64,000 bases of DNA from Patescibacteria group bacterium (GCA_040390125.1 JAZJYZ010000001.1:243026-307025); one strand, 5' to 3'. Shown: positions 1-8,850, counted from the stretch's first letter. The notes: generated by a model from the sequence alone, not told the origin. A program made the numbers and translations.

Positions 1-397
1 GCTCAACGACTGGATTTATTATTGATTTCTTGCCGTCTTTCTCACTGACTTTCCCACGAATCCGCACCAGCTCATCTACTGGAAACATTTTTGCAAGATA
101 GGGTTGGTGAAACCACACAATACGCATTTTCCCCGTGTCGTCGTTGAAGGTGCCTTCTGCCATAGGCACCTTAGTTTTCCATGAACGTTTCATTTCAAGC
201 TTTGAGAATTTCCCATAGAGTGTTGCCACTTCACTGTCTCGTGCATCAGACACCGTGCGTATATCTGCCGCTGACTCATAACGCACAGGAAAGTGATAGA
301 GCAAATCTCGAATGCTTGTGATACGCAGACGTTTTAGACCTGCACGCTGGATTTGTGTAAGACGAGTGAGAGAGTCAATGGACTCGTTTGCATTCAT
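1..397 (-). CDS. recG: ATP-dependent DNA helicase RecG, N-terminal part (gene continues beyond window start)
   Basis: The reverse-complement translation starts MNANESIDSLTRLTQIQRAGLKRL...FPVRYE. This matches the RecG N-terminal wedge-region motif (P-x-RYED). The ATG is at 397 and the frame stays open to the window edge. It is absent from the ORF track because it is edge-truncated. Confidence 0.55.
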   Translation of the reverse strand, partial: MNANESIDSLTRLTQIQRAGLKRLRITSIRDLLYHFPVRYESAADIRTVSDARDSEVATLYGKFSKLEMKRSWKTKVPMAEGTFNDDTGKMRIVWFHQPYLAKMFPVDELVRIRGKVSEKDGKKSIINPVVE

Positions 398-430
398 TTA
401 AAGGCAGTATACCGAATGTCACAAAATAGG

Positions 431-545
431 TGGAAGAGAGAGGGAAGAGGGGGTAGTGTTCAGTGAACAGTGAACAGTGGGCAGTTGGCAGCTAACAGCT
501 AGAGAGGATAGAGATAGTAGAGAGGCTAGAAGCTGAAAGCTGGCA
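431..545. repeat. degenerate short-word tandem array (gtgaaca/gtgggca/gctaaca/gatagag-type words)
   Basis: tggaagagagagggaagagggggtagtgttcagtgaacagtgaacagtgggcagttggcagctaacagctagagaggatagagatagtagagaggctagaagctgaaagctggca. Confidence 0.75.
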
Positions 546-622
546 CCCCCCAAGGGGACTGCTGTTTGCAAATCAATCGCAAGGCTCTTGAGCAAACAGG
601 GAGCCTAGCACCTAGAACCTTC
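546..622. repeat. ~70-nt repeat, copy 1 (inverted partner at 8741..8810)
   Basis: The sequence cccccaaggggactgctgtttgcaaatcaatcgcaaggctcttgagcaaacagggagcctagcacctagaacc is near-identical (about 2 mismatches in 59 nt) to the reverse complement of 8741-8810. Confidence 0.8.
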
Positions 623-663
623 CTCCTGCCGTATATACTGTGCATGTACTGTAATTTTAATAT

Positions 664-1791
664 ATGAAAAAAATAGTAATTTCGTTTGTCTTTGCTTTGC
701 TCGTGCTTCCAAGCGTTGTTTCTGCGGCAACGGTAGATGAACTCAACACAAAATTACAAAGACTCCTCTTGGAGGTAGAGCAGGTTCGCCAAGAGCTTGT
801 AGCGGCACAAGCTGCTGCAAAACCTTCAGTGACGCCCTCCACTGCTTCAAAGGATACATTGTGTGTCCAACTCACTCGAGCACTATCTATCGGTGTCTCT
901 GACCAGCAAACGGACGGCGAAGTTACAAAGCTCCAAAGAGTACTAGCCGAAGATAGAACGCTCTATCCCGAAGGCTTAGTGACAGGCTATTTTGGGCCCG
1001 CAACTCAAATGGCGGTGAAGCGTCTGCAATCACGAGAAAATATTCTTGCCGGTAATTCCACTCCCGCAAGTGCCGGAGTAGTTGAATCTTCTACACGTAT
1101 GTTTCTGGCGTCACGCTGTGGAACAAGTGTGCCAGTCTCATCAGGAACTACAGCTCGTCCGAGTTTAACCAATAACCTCGAGTCTGCACTTGCAACCATC
1201 ACTCTCGACACAATGTCATCATCTGTGTCCAGCACACCAACGATATCTGGCTCCGCAAAAAACCTCGCTGCGGTTTCCGTTTCAATCCGAAGTAGCGAGG
1301 TTGTGTATGCAAATGATTCAGTGCCAGTAACAAACGGCCGGTGGTCGGTAACAATACCAACACTGCGAAATGGTTCGTATCAGGTAATTGCGAAAGGTGC
1401 TGGTGGGGGAGCAATAGCGGTAGGGTTTATTACTATCGATGTGCCGAGTGCCACTGTTGCATCCAGCACTCCAAGAGTGCCGACAGACACAACACTGAAA
1501 GTCGTAGCTCCTACGTTAGTATCAAAAGTAATTTTGCGGTTGAACGGCTCTGACAAAGGCACGACGATACTTCCGGGGTCAAAGGTGCTTATAAGTTGGA
1601 GAACTGAAAATGTTTCTTCGTGCGTGTTTGTTTCCAATCCTCCAATAGAGCTTTCTGGTTCTGCTCTAGCGTCGGAGTCTGGAAAATCTAGCGGACCAAT
1701 TCTTAAAACTACTGTCTTTACACTTACGTGCATTGGTGCGGACGGTACGTTTGTCTCACACTCGCTCACGGCGAACGTAGCGAAGTATTAA
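664..1791 (+). CDS. secreted protein with putative peptidoglycan-binding domain (PG_binding_1-like)
   Basis: It has an N-terminal signal peptide (MKKIVISFVFALLVLPSVVSA). The segment LQRVLAEDRTLYPEGLVTGYFGPATQMAVKRLQ resembles a peptidoglycan-binding repeat. The C-terminal part is Ser/Thr-rich. Confidence 0.55.
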   Translation: MKKIVISFVFALLVLPSVVSAATVDELNTKLQRLLLEVEQVRQELVAAQAAAKPSVTPSTASKDTLCVQLTRALSIGVSDQQTDGEVTKLQRVLAEDRTLYPEGLVTGYFGPATQMAVKRLQSRENILAGNSTPASAGVVESSTRMFLASRCGTSVPVSSGTTARPSLTNNLESALATITLDTMSSSVSSTPTISGSAKNLAAVSVSIRSSEVVYANDSVPVTNGRWSVTIPTLRNGSYQVIAKGAGGGAIAVGFITIDVPSATVASSTPRVPTDTTLKVVAPTLVSKVILRLNGSDKGTTILPGSKVLISWRTENVSSCVFVSNPPIELSGSALASESGKSSGPILKTTVFTLTCIGADGTFVSHSLTANVAKY

Positions 1792-1812
1792 GCTTTTCTT
1801 GCTTTACATAAA

Positions 1813-1845
1813 AAAGCGGAGGTTGCCCTCCGCTTTTTTATTTTC
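1813..1845 (+). terminator. rho-independent terminator after 664..1791
   Basis: aaagcggagg-ttgc-cctccgcttt hairpin followed by a T-run. Confidence 0.75.
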
Positions 1846-2068
1846 CTTTTTTACCTGATTTCGGTGGTCTATTTTTCCCCTGATTCACCCATCCCTTCTT
1901 TTCTTTTGCCCGGTGGTCTTTCCCCTTATTGTGATGGCGAACCAAACTACCTTCTCCAAACATACGCATTCAAATCATTATTTTGTATAAATACCCTAAA
2001 GGATATAAAGGCAAGAATATTCCTAAAAAATATCTTGTCAAATCAAGCCTATGTAAAGACCCAAAAGC

Positions 2069-3100
2069 TTAGTTAATTTCAATGTCGATGTGTTGAATGG
2101 AGGGGAAGTGCTTTTTTAGCCTTCCTTCTATCTCATCTATTTTCTTACCCATGAGGCGTGGAATGCGGTCAGCATAGTCTACGGAGTGTCGTTTAAAGGC
2201 CTCGTAGTCGTCTTTGATTTCTTCGTACTGGTCTTTTAGGGCTTCACGCTGGAAGGCTTCTTGGAAAAGGGCAGGGCCGTTAAATTCAATCTCGCATTTG
2301 ATGCGGTATGAGCCGAAGCCCAAGGTCGTGGACTTGAAATCTATAACCTTCTCTATTGCGGGGTCAGCCGTTAAAAATTCAACCACTTCTTCTTGCATGT
2401 CTCGAGGCATTGAACGCCCAATTAAGTACGAGCGGTTTTTTGCAATGAGCGTAATGGCAACGCTGATGAGGAGAAATGAAATCAGCATTGCTCCGACAGC
2501 GTCCCAGAGTGGGTTTTTTGTGTAGTACGAGAGCGTAATAGAAATAGTAGCGATGAGGATACCAATAACGGCAACGGCATCTTCTAGGTAGACGGCAAGC
2601 GTTGAAGGGTCAGCTCGTGAGAAGCGTTCACGCCATGTGGCGTCGGGGAATGACTGTTTTAAATTTCTATCAGCAACGAAGAAGGTGTAGCCCTCTATGC
2701 CGAGCGACAAGAAAAGAACGACAAACACAATTGCGGTGAGCTCTATGTCATGCGGAGAGGTGAATGCGGAGAGGCCGTTGTATGCCGTAATGCCTGCACC
2801 AACGAAGAAAATCCCACATGCGGATATCAGTGCCCAGAAGAAACGCTCATTTCCGTACCCATATTCAAACTCCGAGTCAGCTTTTTTTGTTGAGCGTTGC
2901 AGTCCTATAAGTAGCAGGCCTTGGTTTAGTGTGTCGGCTAAACTGTGAATCGTTTCGGCAAACATTGCGCTTGATCCTGAAAGGATGGAAGCGCAGAGCT
3001 TTATGGCGGTGACGAGGGTATTACCAAGGAGCGCTGCAATAACTGGAGTAAATCCTATAATCTTTTTGAGAGGCATTTTTACCATTGTACGGTTTTTCAC
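2069..3100 (-). CDS. cation diffusion facilitator (CDF) family metal efflux transporter
   Basis: It has six TM segments and a cytoplasmic C-terminal domain. It carries CDF signature-like segments (SGSSAMFAETIHSLADTLNQGLLLIGL; HSLADT...HSVDYADRIP). Confidence 0.85.
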   Translation of the reverse strand: MKNRTMVKMPLKKIIGFTPVIAALLGNTLVTAIKLCASILSGSSAMFAETIHSLADTLNQGLLLIGLQRSTKKADSEFEYGYGNERFFWALISACGIFFVGAGITAYNGLSAFTSPHDIELTAIVFVVLFLSLGIEGYTFFVADRNLKQSFPDATWRERFSRADPSTLAVYLEDAVAVIGILIATISITLSYYTKNPLWDAVGAMLISFLLISVAITLIAKNRSYLIGRSMPRDMQEEVVEFLTADPAIEKVIDFKSTTLGFGSYRIKCEIEFNGPALFQEAFQREALKDQYEEIKDDYEAFKRHSVDYADRIPRLMGKKIDEIEGRLKKHFPSIQHIDIEIN

Positions 3101-3118
3101 GAATTAAATAAAGGAACT

Positions 3119-3150
3119 AAAAATGGACGCCCTTTGGGCGTCCATTTTTA
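3119..3150 (-). terminator. rho-independent terminator downstream of the cyclophilin gene
   Basis: aaaatggacgcc-cttt-gggcgtccatttt hairpin, with a T-run on the minus strand. Confidence 0.7.
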
Positions 3151-3169
3151 ATGTGCACGGCAGGAAAAA

Positions 3170-3826
3170 TTAATTGAGTGTTACTGACGTGATGATTACT
3201 GGCTCTAAAGGTCGGTCTCCTGAATCGGTAGCAGTGTTTTCGATTGCTTTAATTGCCTCTGCACCTGCAGTCACACGTCCAAATACTGTGTGCTTATCAT
3301 CAAGAAAATTGTTTGCTGCAACATTGATGAAGAATTGACTGCCGTTAGTGTTAGGGCCTGAATTTGCCATTGATATAGTGCCAATGTCATTTTTGTTATT
3401 GGTGTGAATCTCATCTGCAAATGAATAACCAGGGCCTCCCGTACCCCAGCGACTCATAGCCGAGTCATCTTTCGTCAAAGGGTCGCCACCTTGGAGCATG
3501 AATCCCTTTATTACACGGTGGAATTTTGTGCCATCGTAAAAGCCGGTTTGTGCGAGCTTGATGAAATTAGCGACGGTGTTTGGAGCGTCAGCACCAAAAA
3601 ATTCAATGGCAATATCTCCTTTGTTGGTGTGAATAGTTGCTGATGTGACCGTTTGTGGATTTGTGGCACTCGTTGCTCCGCTTTGGGTTTGCTCTGGTGT
3701 TGTGGAAGCGGTATTTGTTTCGCCTGCTTTTTTACTCTGCGAACGCATGTTGTGAGAGACCGCAATCCAGGTCCCTGCGATGGCTACGACGGCGATTAAG
3801 ATAAGAAAGATATATATTTTTGGCAT
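3170..3826 (-). CDS. ppiB: peptidyl-prolyl cis-trans isomerase, cyclophilin type, with N-terminal membrane anchor
   Basis: Cyclophilin motifs are present: FHRVIKGFMLQGGDP, NSGPNTNGSQFFI, HTVFGRV. There is an N-terminal TM helix and a Thr/Ser-rich linker. Confidence 0.85.
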   Translation of the reverse strand: MPKIYIFLILIAVVAIAGTWIAVSHNMRSQSKKAGETNTASTTPEQTQSGATSATNPQTVTSATIHTNKGDIAIEFFGADAPNTVANFIKLAQTGFYDGTKFHRVIKGFMLQGGDPLTKDDSAMSRWGTGGPGYSFADEIHTNNKNDIGTISMANSGPNTNGSQFFINVAANNFLDDKHTVFGRVTAGAEAIKAIENTATDSGDRPLEPVIITSVTLN

Positions 3827-3885
3827 ACGTTTTTATTCTTTTTAAGTTTGAGTGTGTATTTTACAGTACGATAGGCATAATAAAA

Positions 3886-3916
3886 AACATCCGCCCATAT
3901 GGGTGGATGTTTTTTA
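3886..3916 (-). terminator. rho-independent terminator downstream of 3936..5030
   Basis: aacatccgccc-atat-gggtggatgtt hairpin flanked by A/T runs. Confidence 0.7.
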
Positions 3917-3935
3917 TTGTTAGAAACTTCGAAAA

Positions 3936-5030
3936 TTATCTTTTCGTTGTTACCGTAACAATGTCTCCTCGTACTGTTCCGTAGGAGTTTTCAGCAACTA
4001 CTTGGTAGTAGTAGCGAGTGTTTTTAGAGAGGTCGGTCACTGTCGTTGATACTGAGACATTCGACGTACCAGAACCTGCAACGGTTGTTTTCGTACTAGA
4101 ACCTAAAAGCGATCCAAGTAGAGAATCCGTACCGTATTCGAACCAGTAGCGTGTGGTGTCCCCATTCGGGTTTACCTTACCGTTGAATTTGATAGACGTC
4201 TGTGCGATAGCGCTCGCAGAATCTGTGTCTGCTTTGGGAGCGCCAGGAGATGCAGGCCCTGCGGTCGTGAACGAAAGGATATTGCCGTTCGTCGTGCCGA
4301 ATTGGTTACTTGCATTCACACGGAAGAAATATTTAGTTTGCGGTTTCAAGTTTGAGATTGACGCCGAAGCTCCAAGGGAAGTGTTTCCGCTTCCTGCTCC
4401 TTTGAGTGCCGTTGCGTTTCCTAAATCATTTGTTTCTCCGTACTCGAACCAATAGCTTGTTGCAAGATTGTTCGGATTCACTTGCCCGCTCAAATTTGCT
4501 CCTGTTCGAGTAATATCCACCGCACTGTTTGTTTGTGTCGTTGGCACACTTCCAACAGGAGGAGGGTTGGTGTTTGTGGTGAGGCTGAGTGTGCTTCCGT
4601 TAACTACTCCGAAGCCGTTCGATGCGCTCAAGCGGTAGTAGTACGTGGTATTTGCTGAAAGACCGGTGATGTATGCAGGGCTTGGAATGGCAATGAAGCC
4701 GGAGCCAATGGTCTGTGATTGTGATCGCACACCTAAAGCTGTCGTCTTTCCGTATTCATACCAATACGTGGTCTGTGCACCGTTTGGCGTTACCTTGCCT
4801 GTTGCAAGAGCTGTGGAATTTGAAACAAACACCTCAGCCCCCGTAGAAACAGTAGGAACTGTTGCCTTTGTGGTTTGAGTAGGCGTAGTGCCGGTAGTTC
4901 CTGAAGGTGTGGTTGTAGCCGTCGTTGTTGGGGATGCGGGACCCGCAGTGTATGCATAGATAAGTGCTCCTCCAACGAGAAGTATGCCAATCCCTAGTAT
5001 CGTAATTATTGTATTTTTGCTGATGTTCAT
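3936..5030 (-). CDS. membrane-anchored or secreted protein with three tandem FN3/PKD-like repeats
   Basis: There is an N-terminal TM/signal segment and a Thr-rich linker. Three internal repeats each contain a YW(Y/F)EYG(K/E/T).....G...........G..S......L.P.T.Y..R..A.N..G motif. Confidence 0.5.
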   Translation of the reverse strand: MNISKNTIITILGIGILLVGGALIYAYTAGPASPTTTATTTPSGTTGTTPTQTTKATVPTVSTGAEVFVSNSTALATGKVTPNGAQTTYWYEYGKTTALGVRSQSQTIGSGFIAIPSPAYITGLSANTTYYYRLSASNGFGVVNGSTLSLTTNTNPPPVGSVPTTQTNSAVDITRTGANLSGQVNPNNLATSYWFEYGETNDLGNATALKGAGSGNTSLGASASISNLKPQTKYFFRVNASNQFGTTNGNILSFTTAGPASPGAPKADTDSASAIAQTSIKFNGKVNPNGDTTRYWFEYGTDSLLGSLLGSSTKTTVAGSGTSNVSVSTTVTDLSKNTRYYYQVVAENSYGTVRGDIVTVTTKR

Positions 5031-5194
5031 ATTATTTTTAATTTTTTAAGTAAGGTAAGAAAGTAAATAACTTAAGACTGATATTGCATAGTCGACCTAG
5101 TGTAGAAGCCGTTTTAAGACTAGTCTTATTACACTAAACTTCCTTGATTTGTTCGCTGTAACTAACGATTCGTGGTATGAATTGACTGTCCTAA

Positions 5195-5242
5195 GGAGAG
5201 GTGGCTGAGTGGAGAAAACAAGAACTGCTTCTTGTTTTCTCC
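5195..5242 (+). other. tRNA-Ser-like 5' fragment (acceptor/D-arm-like GGAGAGGTGGCTGAGTGG) running into a perfect 14-bp hairpin; not foldable as a complete tRNA
   Basis: 5195-5212 matches the canonical 5' end of type-II tRNA-Ser genes. It is followed by ggagaaaacaagaa-ctgc-ttcttgttttctcc (5211-5242). I found no matching 3' acceptor strand within a plausible distance. Confidence 0.35.
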
Positions 5243-5359
5243 GATCCTGTTTCAGGAAAGTTCGTTGCCGAGTCAAAAACGAGGCAGAACTTAGGAGGGC
5301 GAACTTGTTCGAACGCTCGGCCTCCTATACTCTTAGTCTTTGTCGCTTTGCGACAAATA

Positions 5360-5447
5360 GGAGAGGTGCCAGAGCGGTCGAATGGAGCACACTGCTAATG
5401 TGTTGAACCTCAAAAGGGTTCCGAGGGTTCGAATCCCTCCCTCTCCG
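5360..5447 (+). tRNA. tRNA-Ser (anticodon GCU), type II with long variable arm
   Basis: Acceptor GGAGAGG/CCTCTCC. The D-arm contains GCCAGAGCGG. The anticodon stem is GCACA/TGTGT with loop CTGCTAA (anticodon GCT). The variable arm is TGAACCTCAAAAGGGTTC. The T-arm is GAGGG-TTCGAAT-CCCTC, with discriminator G. A terminator follows. Confidence 0.8.
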
Positions 5448-5460
5448 CAAAATAAAAAAT

Positions 5461-5488
5461 GGGTGCTTTTGCACCCGCTTTTTTATTT
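5461..5488 (+). terminator. rho-independent terminator after tRNA-Ser
   Basis: gggtgc-tttt-gcaccc hairpin followed by gcttttttatttc. Confidence 0.65.
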
Positions 5489-5614
5489 CTGCTACGAGAG
5501 TCGGGATTCGAAAGTCGGAAGTGCGCCTGCGGGGCAGGAGGGAGCGCTGAGACGGGGTCGAGAACATTTAGTATTTTACGAGCTCCAGGAGTAAAATACT
5601 TAGTGATTCGTGAC

Positions 5615-5633
5615 CGAATCCCTCCCTCTCCGC
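5615..5633 (+). other. 19-nt exact duplicate of the tRNA-Ser 3' end (cgaatccctccctctccgc), 167 nt downstream of the intact tRNA
   Basis: It is identical to 5430-5448. The upstream sequence does not fold as a T-arm, so it appears to be a tRNA 3'-end remnant or att-like direct repeat. Confidence 0.5.
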
Positions 5634-5729
5634 TCACTAGAAAATACGCCCCACATGGGGCAATTTTCTTGAAAAACCCCTTTCCACACCCCATCCGTTC
5701 TTCTACGCTCTACTTGCTAGACTTCACGT

Positions 5730-6773
5730 ATGGCTACCATTACCAAGTACACGCAAGTTGAGTATCTTTGGCTCGACGGACGTAAGCCCACAGCGGGACT
5801 TCGCTCCAAGACCAAAATTATTAAAGGTGCTGTTACAAAATTAAAAGATATACCCGAGTGGGGCTTTGACGGCTCTTCGACAGAACAAGCAGAAGGAAGA
5901 TTTAGTGATTGCCGGCTCGTACCGGTTTCTTTCTTGCCTGATCCTCTTCGCTTGCCCGCCCAAGCGGGATGGGCTCCGAACATTCTTGTGATGTGCGAAG
6001 TGTTACAAGCAAATGGTGATGTGCATCCAACAAATACTCGTGCGGAACTTCGTGCAGTCGCTAAGAAATATCAAACTGTCGATTCGTGGTTTGGTATTGA
6101 GCAAGAGTACACACTGTTTCAAAATGGCAGACCACTTGGATTTCCAGAGACAGGTTTTCCTGGGCCTCAAGGTCCGTATTATTGCGGTGTTGGTGCAGAG
6201 AACGTAGTTGGCAGAGAGTTAGCAGAAGAGCACATGAGTGCGTGTCTTGAGGCAGGCATCGCACTTTCAGGAATTAATGCGGAAGTGATGCCGGGACAAT
6301 GGGAATTTCAAGTTGGTCCCGTGGGACCCCTTGCTGTGTCCGATCAACTTTGGATTGCGAGATGGTTGCTTGAGCGATTAGGTGAAGAATTTAATATCAG
6401 TGTTTCGTATGCACCAAAGCCTGTTGCCGGAGATTGGAATGGTGCAGGTTGTCATACGAATTTTTCAACAAAAGCAATGCGGGCTCCTGGCGGAATGAAA
6501 CACGTGAAGGCGGCGTGCGAAAAACTAAAGAAGAAACATCACGAACATATTGCAGTGTACGGGGCAGGGAATGAGGCACGACTTACCGGGCGTCACGAAA
6601 CCTGCAGTATTAATGAGTTTCGCTACGGTATTTCTGACCGTGGAGCATCCATCAGAATTCCTATGGCAACGGCAAACGATGATAAGGGATATCTTGAAGA
6701 TAGACGTCCCGCTGCAAACATGGACCCGTACCAAGTGTGCGCTGCGTTGATGAAGACGATTTGCGGAAATTGA
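5730..6773 (+). CDS. glnII: glutamine synthetase, type II (eukaryote-like GlnII)
   Basis: At 347 aa it is typical of GSII. Motifs present: WFGIEQEYTLF, GPYYCGVG, MPGQWEFQVGP, NGAGCHTNFS, ASIRIP. Confidence 0.85.
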   Translation: MATITKYTQVEYLWLDGRKPTAGLRSKTKIIKGAVTKLKDIPEWGFDGSSTEQAEGRFSDCRLVPVSFLPDPLRLPAQAGWAPNILVMCEVLQANGDVHPTNTRAELRAVAKKYQTVDSWFGIEQEYTLFQNGRPLGFPETGFPGPQGPYYCGVGAENVVGRELAEEHMSACLEAGIALSGINAEVMPGQWEFQVGPVGPLAVSDQLWIARWLLERLGEEFNISVSYAPKPVAGDWNGAGCHTNFSTKAMRAPGGMKHVKAACEKLKKKHHEHIAVYGAGNEARLTGRHETCSINEFRYGISDRGASIRIPMATANDDKGYLEDRRPAANMDPYQVCAALMKTICGN

Positions 6774-6796
6774 GTTGGTATATCTATCTACCGATT

Positions 6797-6853
6797 CCCA
6801 CATTCATTCTAGTGTTTTGCAAAACACTAGAATGAATGTGGGGGCAGTTTTTT
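6797..6853 (+). terminator. strong rho-independent terminator (perfect 22-bp inverted repeat) after glnII
   Basis: cccacattcattctagtgtttt-gc-aaaacactagaatgaatgtggg followed by gcagttttttg. Confidence 0.8.
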
Positions 6854-6896
6854 GATTGGTTTTTTTGGCGTGCATTAGTGAGTTTCACTCTGTAGA

Positions 6897-7511
6897 ATGG
6901 GCATCATGACTGCAAAACCTATCTTAGGTGTTGATTTTGATGACGTGTTGGTCCGAACCGGCAATGCTCTTGCAGAATTTCATAACGCCACCTACGGCAC
7001 CACGTATTCTCGTGATGATGTTTCGAGTTTTCATCTGCATGAGGTGTGGAACTGTACTCCAGAGGAAGCACGTGCAAGAATCGACGAGTTTATTTCGACA
7101 GAATTTCACCATAACTCTGAAGCAGTGTTGGGTGCGTACGATGCACTAAAACAGTTAAGCCAAACGTACGAGATTGTGATAGTGACTGGGCGCATGCATG
7201 TGTGGCGTGACAAGACCATTGAATGGCTTGAGAAAAATTTTCTTGGCCTATATAGAGAAATACACTTTACAAACCACGATGACCCCGATCCTTCCAAGCG
7301 TCGCTTGAAATCTGAGTTCGTCACCGAGCTTGGTATCTCACTTTTTATTGATGATGCATTGAAATTTGCTACCGATGTTGCAAGTGTTGGTGTTCCCGTT
7401 CTTCTCTTTGATACCCCTTGGAATCAAGGGGAAGTGCCTCCGGGGGTAACACGAGTACACTCGTGGGACGAGATTTTGCGAACACTTGCTTCAAAAGAGA
7501 CAGGGAAGTAG
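6897..7511 (+). CDS. HAD-superfamily hydrolase, 5'(3')-deoxyribonucleotidase (NT5C)-like
   Basis: HAD motif I GVDFDDVL (DxDxV) near the N-terminus. Length and C-terminal layout are consistent with the NT5C family. Confidence 0.55.
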   Translation: MGIMTAKPILGVDFDDVLVRTGNALAEFHNATYGTTYSRDDVSSFHLHEVWNCTPEEARARIDEFISTEFHHNSEAVLGAYDALKQLSQTYEIVIVTGRMHVWRDKTIEWLEKNFLGLYREIHFTNHDDPDPSKRRLKSEFVTELGISLFIDDALKFATDVASVGVPVLLFDTPWNQGEVPPGVTRVHSWDEILRTLASKETGK

Positions 7512-7583
7512 GGCGGGGTATAATAGAAGGGTACGGCTTTATCAAATCACTAATTAGCTTTTAGTTAAGCACTCATTACATCT

Positions 7584-7868
7584 ATGTCAGGAAATATAAA
7601 AGTAGCTATTGGAGTTGTACTCGTCGCTGTAGTTATTGGCGGATTGTATTATTGGTATTCATCCACAAAATCAGATGTGGCTCCGGCTGTAGTTGCCGAT
7701 CAAACAGCAACACCCGCTCCTACAGGACCAACATTACCTTCTGGAAGTGACACATCCGACACTGCGTTAGGTCAGGACGTTGCATCAGTTGATGCGGATG
7801 TAAGCGCAATGACTTCCGACACCGCATCCATTGATAGTGGAATGAACGATACGGCAGTTCAGCAATAA
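7584..7868 (+). CDS. hypothetical small membrane-anchored protein
   Basis: One N-terminal TM helix followed by a low-complexity Ala/Thr/Ser/Asp tail. Confidence 0.35.
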   Translation: MSGNIKVAIGVVLVAVVIGGLYYWYSSTKSDVAPAVVADQTATPAPTGPTLPSGSDTSDTALGQDVASVDADVSAMTSDTASIDSGMNDTAVQQ

Positions 7869-7893
7869 GTATTAGCTTCTAATAACCCACACA

Positions 7894-8739
7894 ATGAAAA
7901 AAATCACTTCAGCTCTTATTCCGTTTATAGCCGTTGCATTACTTCTCTCTCCGTCATCTGTGCGTGTTGTGGAGGCCGTGAGTGCAACTACGAATGCCAC
8001 AGTAAACGCAAGTGCCCCTGGTGTGAAGGCAGAAGGAACAGCAAGCCTCAGTGCATCGCAGTCTATTGCACTCATGCGTGGCAAAGATAAAGCACATCAA
8101 GAAATCGACCGCAGAGTTACTAATCTCAATGCACTAGTGCTCCGTGTGCAAGCGATGCTGAATTTGTCAGAGGCAGATAAAACTGCAATTGCAGGCACGC
8201 TGACTGCACAGGTGAATGCGCTCAATGCATTGAAAGCGAAGATTGATGCAGATGCGGATCCAGAAACACTGAAAGGCGATGTAAAGTCTGTCACTGATTC
8301 GTATCGCATTTATGCGCTCATCATTCCACAAGGTGCCATTATTGCTGCGGCTGACCGCATTGTGACGGTTGCTACAAAATTACACCTCATCTCATTGAAG
8401 TTTGAAACCAGAATTGCTGCCGCTGCTACAGCCGGCAATGATGTGAAAGCAGTACGAGTGACCCTTGAGGAATACAACTCGAAAATTGCAAACGCAAGTC
8501 TTCAAGCACAGGCGGCGGTGAATGCAATTGTGACACTTGTTCCTGACGATGGAGACGCAACAAAGAAGGCGGCAAACATCAAAGCACTCAAAGACGCACG
8601 TGCAAAAATTGTGCTCGCACAAAAAGATTTACAGACAGCACGCAAAGATGCTGACAAGATCATTACTGCTCTTAAGGGAATGAAGGTTAATTCGACTGCA
8701 ACGACTACGGCGGAAACATCTGCAGGAGTAGGACAATAA
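7894..8739 (+). CDS. hypothetical secreted Ala-rich coiled-coil protein
   Basis: Signal peptide MKKITSALIPFIAVALLLSPSSVRVVEA. The rest is Ala/Lys-rich and predicted helical. Confidence 0.45.
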   Translation: MKKITSALIPFIAVALLLSPSSVRVVEAVSATTNATVNASAPGVKAEGTASLSASQSIALMRGKDKAHQEIDRRVTNLNALVLRVQAMLNLSEADKTAIAGTLTAQVNALNALKAKIDADADPETLKGDVKSVTDSYRIYALIIPQGAIIAAADRIVTVATKLHLISLKFETRIAAAATAGNDVKAVRVTLEEYNSKIANASLQAQAAVNAIVTLVPDDGDATKKAANIKALKDARAKIVLAQKDLQTARKDADKIITALKGMKVNSTATTTAETSAGVGQ

Positions 8740-8740
8740 T

Positions 8741-8810
8741 TCTAGGTGATAGGCTCCCTGTTTGCTCAAGAGCCTTGCGATTGATCTGCAAACAGCAGTC
8801 CCCTTGAGGG
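8741..8810. repeat. ~70-nt repeat, copy 2 (inverted relative to 546..622)
   Basis: tctaggtgataggctccctgtttgctcaagagccttgcgattgatctgcaaacagcagtccccttgaggg is the reverse complement of copy 1. Confidence 0.8.
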
Positions 8811-8820
8811 ATTCTAGGAA

Positions 8821-8850
8821 AAATTCCCGACTCATGTCGGGAATTTTTTT
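8821..8850 (+). terminator. rho-independent terminator after 7894..8739, first of three consecutive hairpins
   Basis: aaattcccgac-tcat-gtcgggaattt followed by a T-run. Two further perfect palindromes follow it: 8859-8892 (caaaactatacgat-caa-tcgtatagttttg) and 8900-8933 (ttctgaaaattacca-cat-ggtaattttcagaa). Confidence 0.75.

Noticed and set aside
5195-5640. tmRNA (ssrA) spanning the tRNA-like 5' and 3' fragments
   Set aside because: An intact tRNA-Ser with its own terminator lies between the fragments. There is no GGGG...GGATTCGAC-type 5' end, no resume-codon/tag ORF and no terminal CCA-adjacent T-arm.
5459-5761. ORFs overlapping the tRNA region (5201..5398, 5209..5406, 5325..5567, 5382..5594, 5410..5694, 5459..5761)
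   Set aside because: They overlap a confident tRNA gene and terminator and show no protein-like features.
546-8810. 8.1-kb segment flanked by 70-nt inverted repeats as a transposon or IS
   Set aside because: No transposase, integrase or resolvase gene lies inside or nearby, and the content is housekeeping genes plus tRNA. It is kept only as a repeat or inversion candidate.
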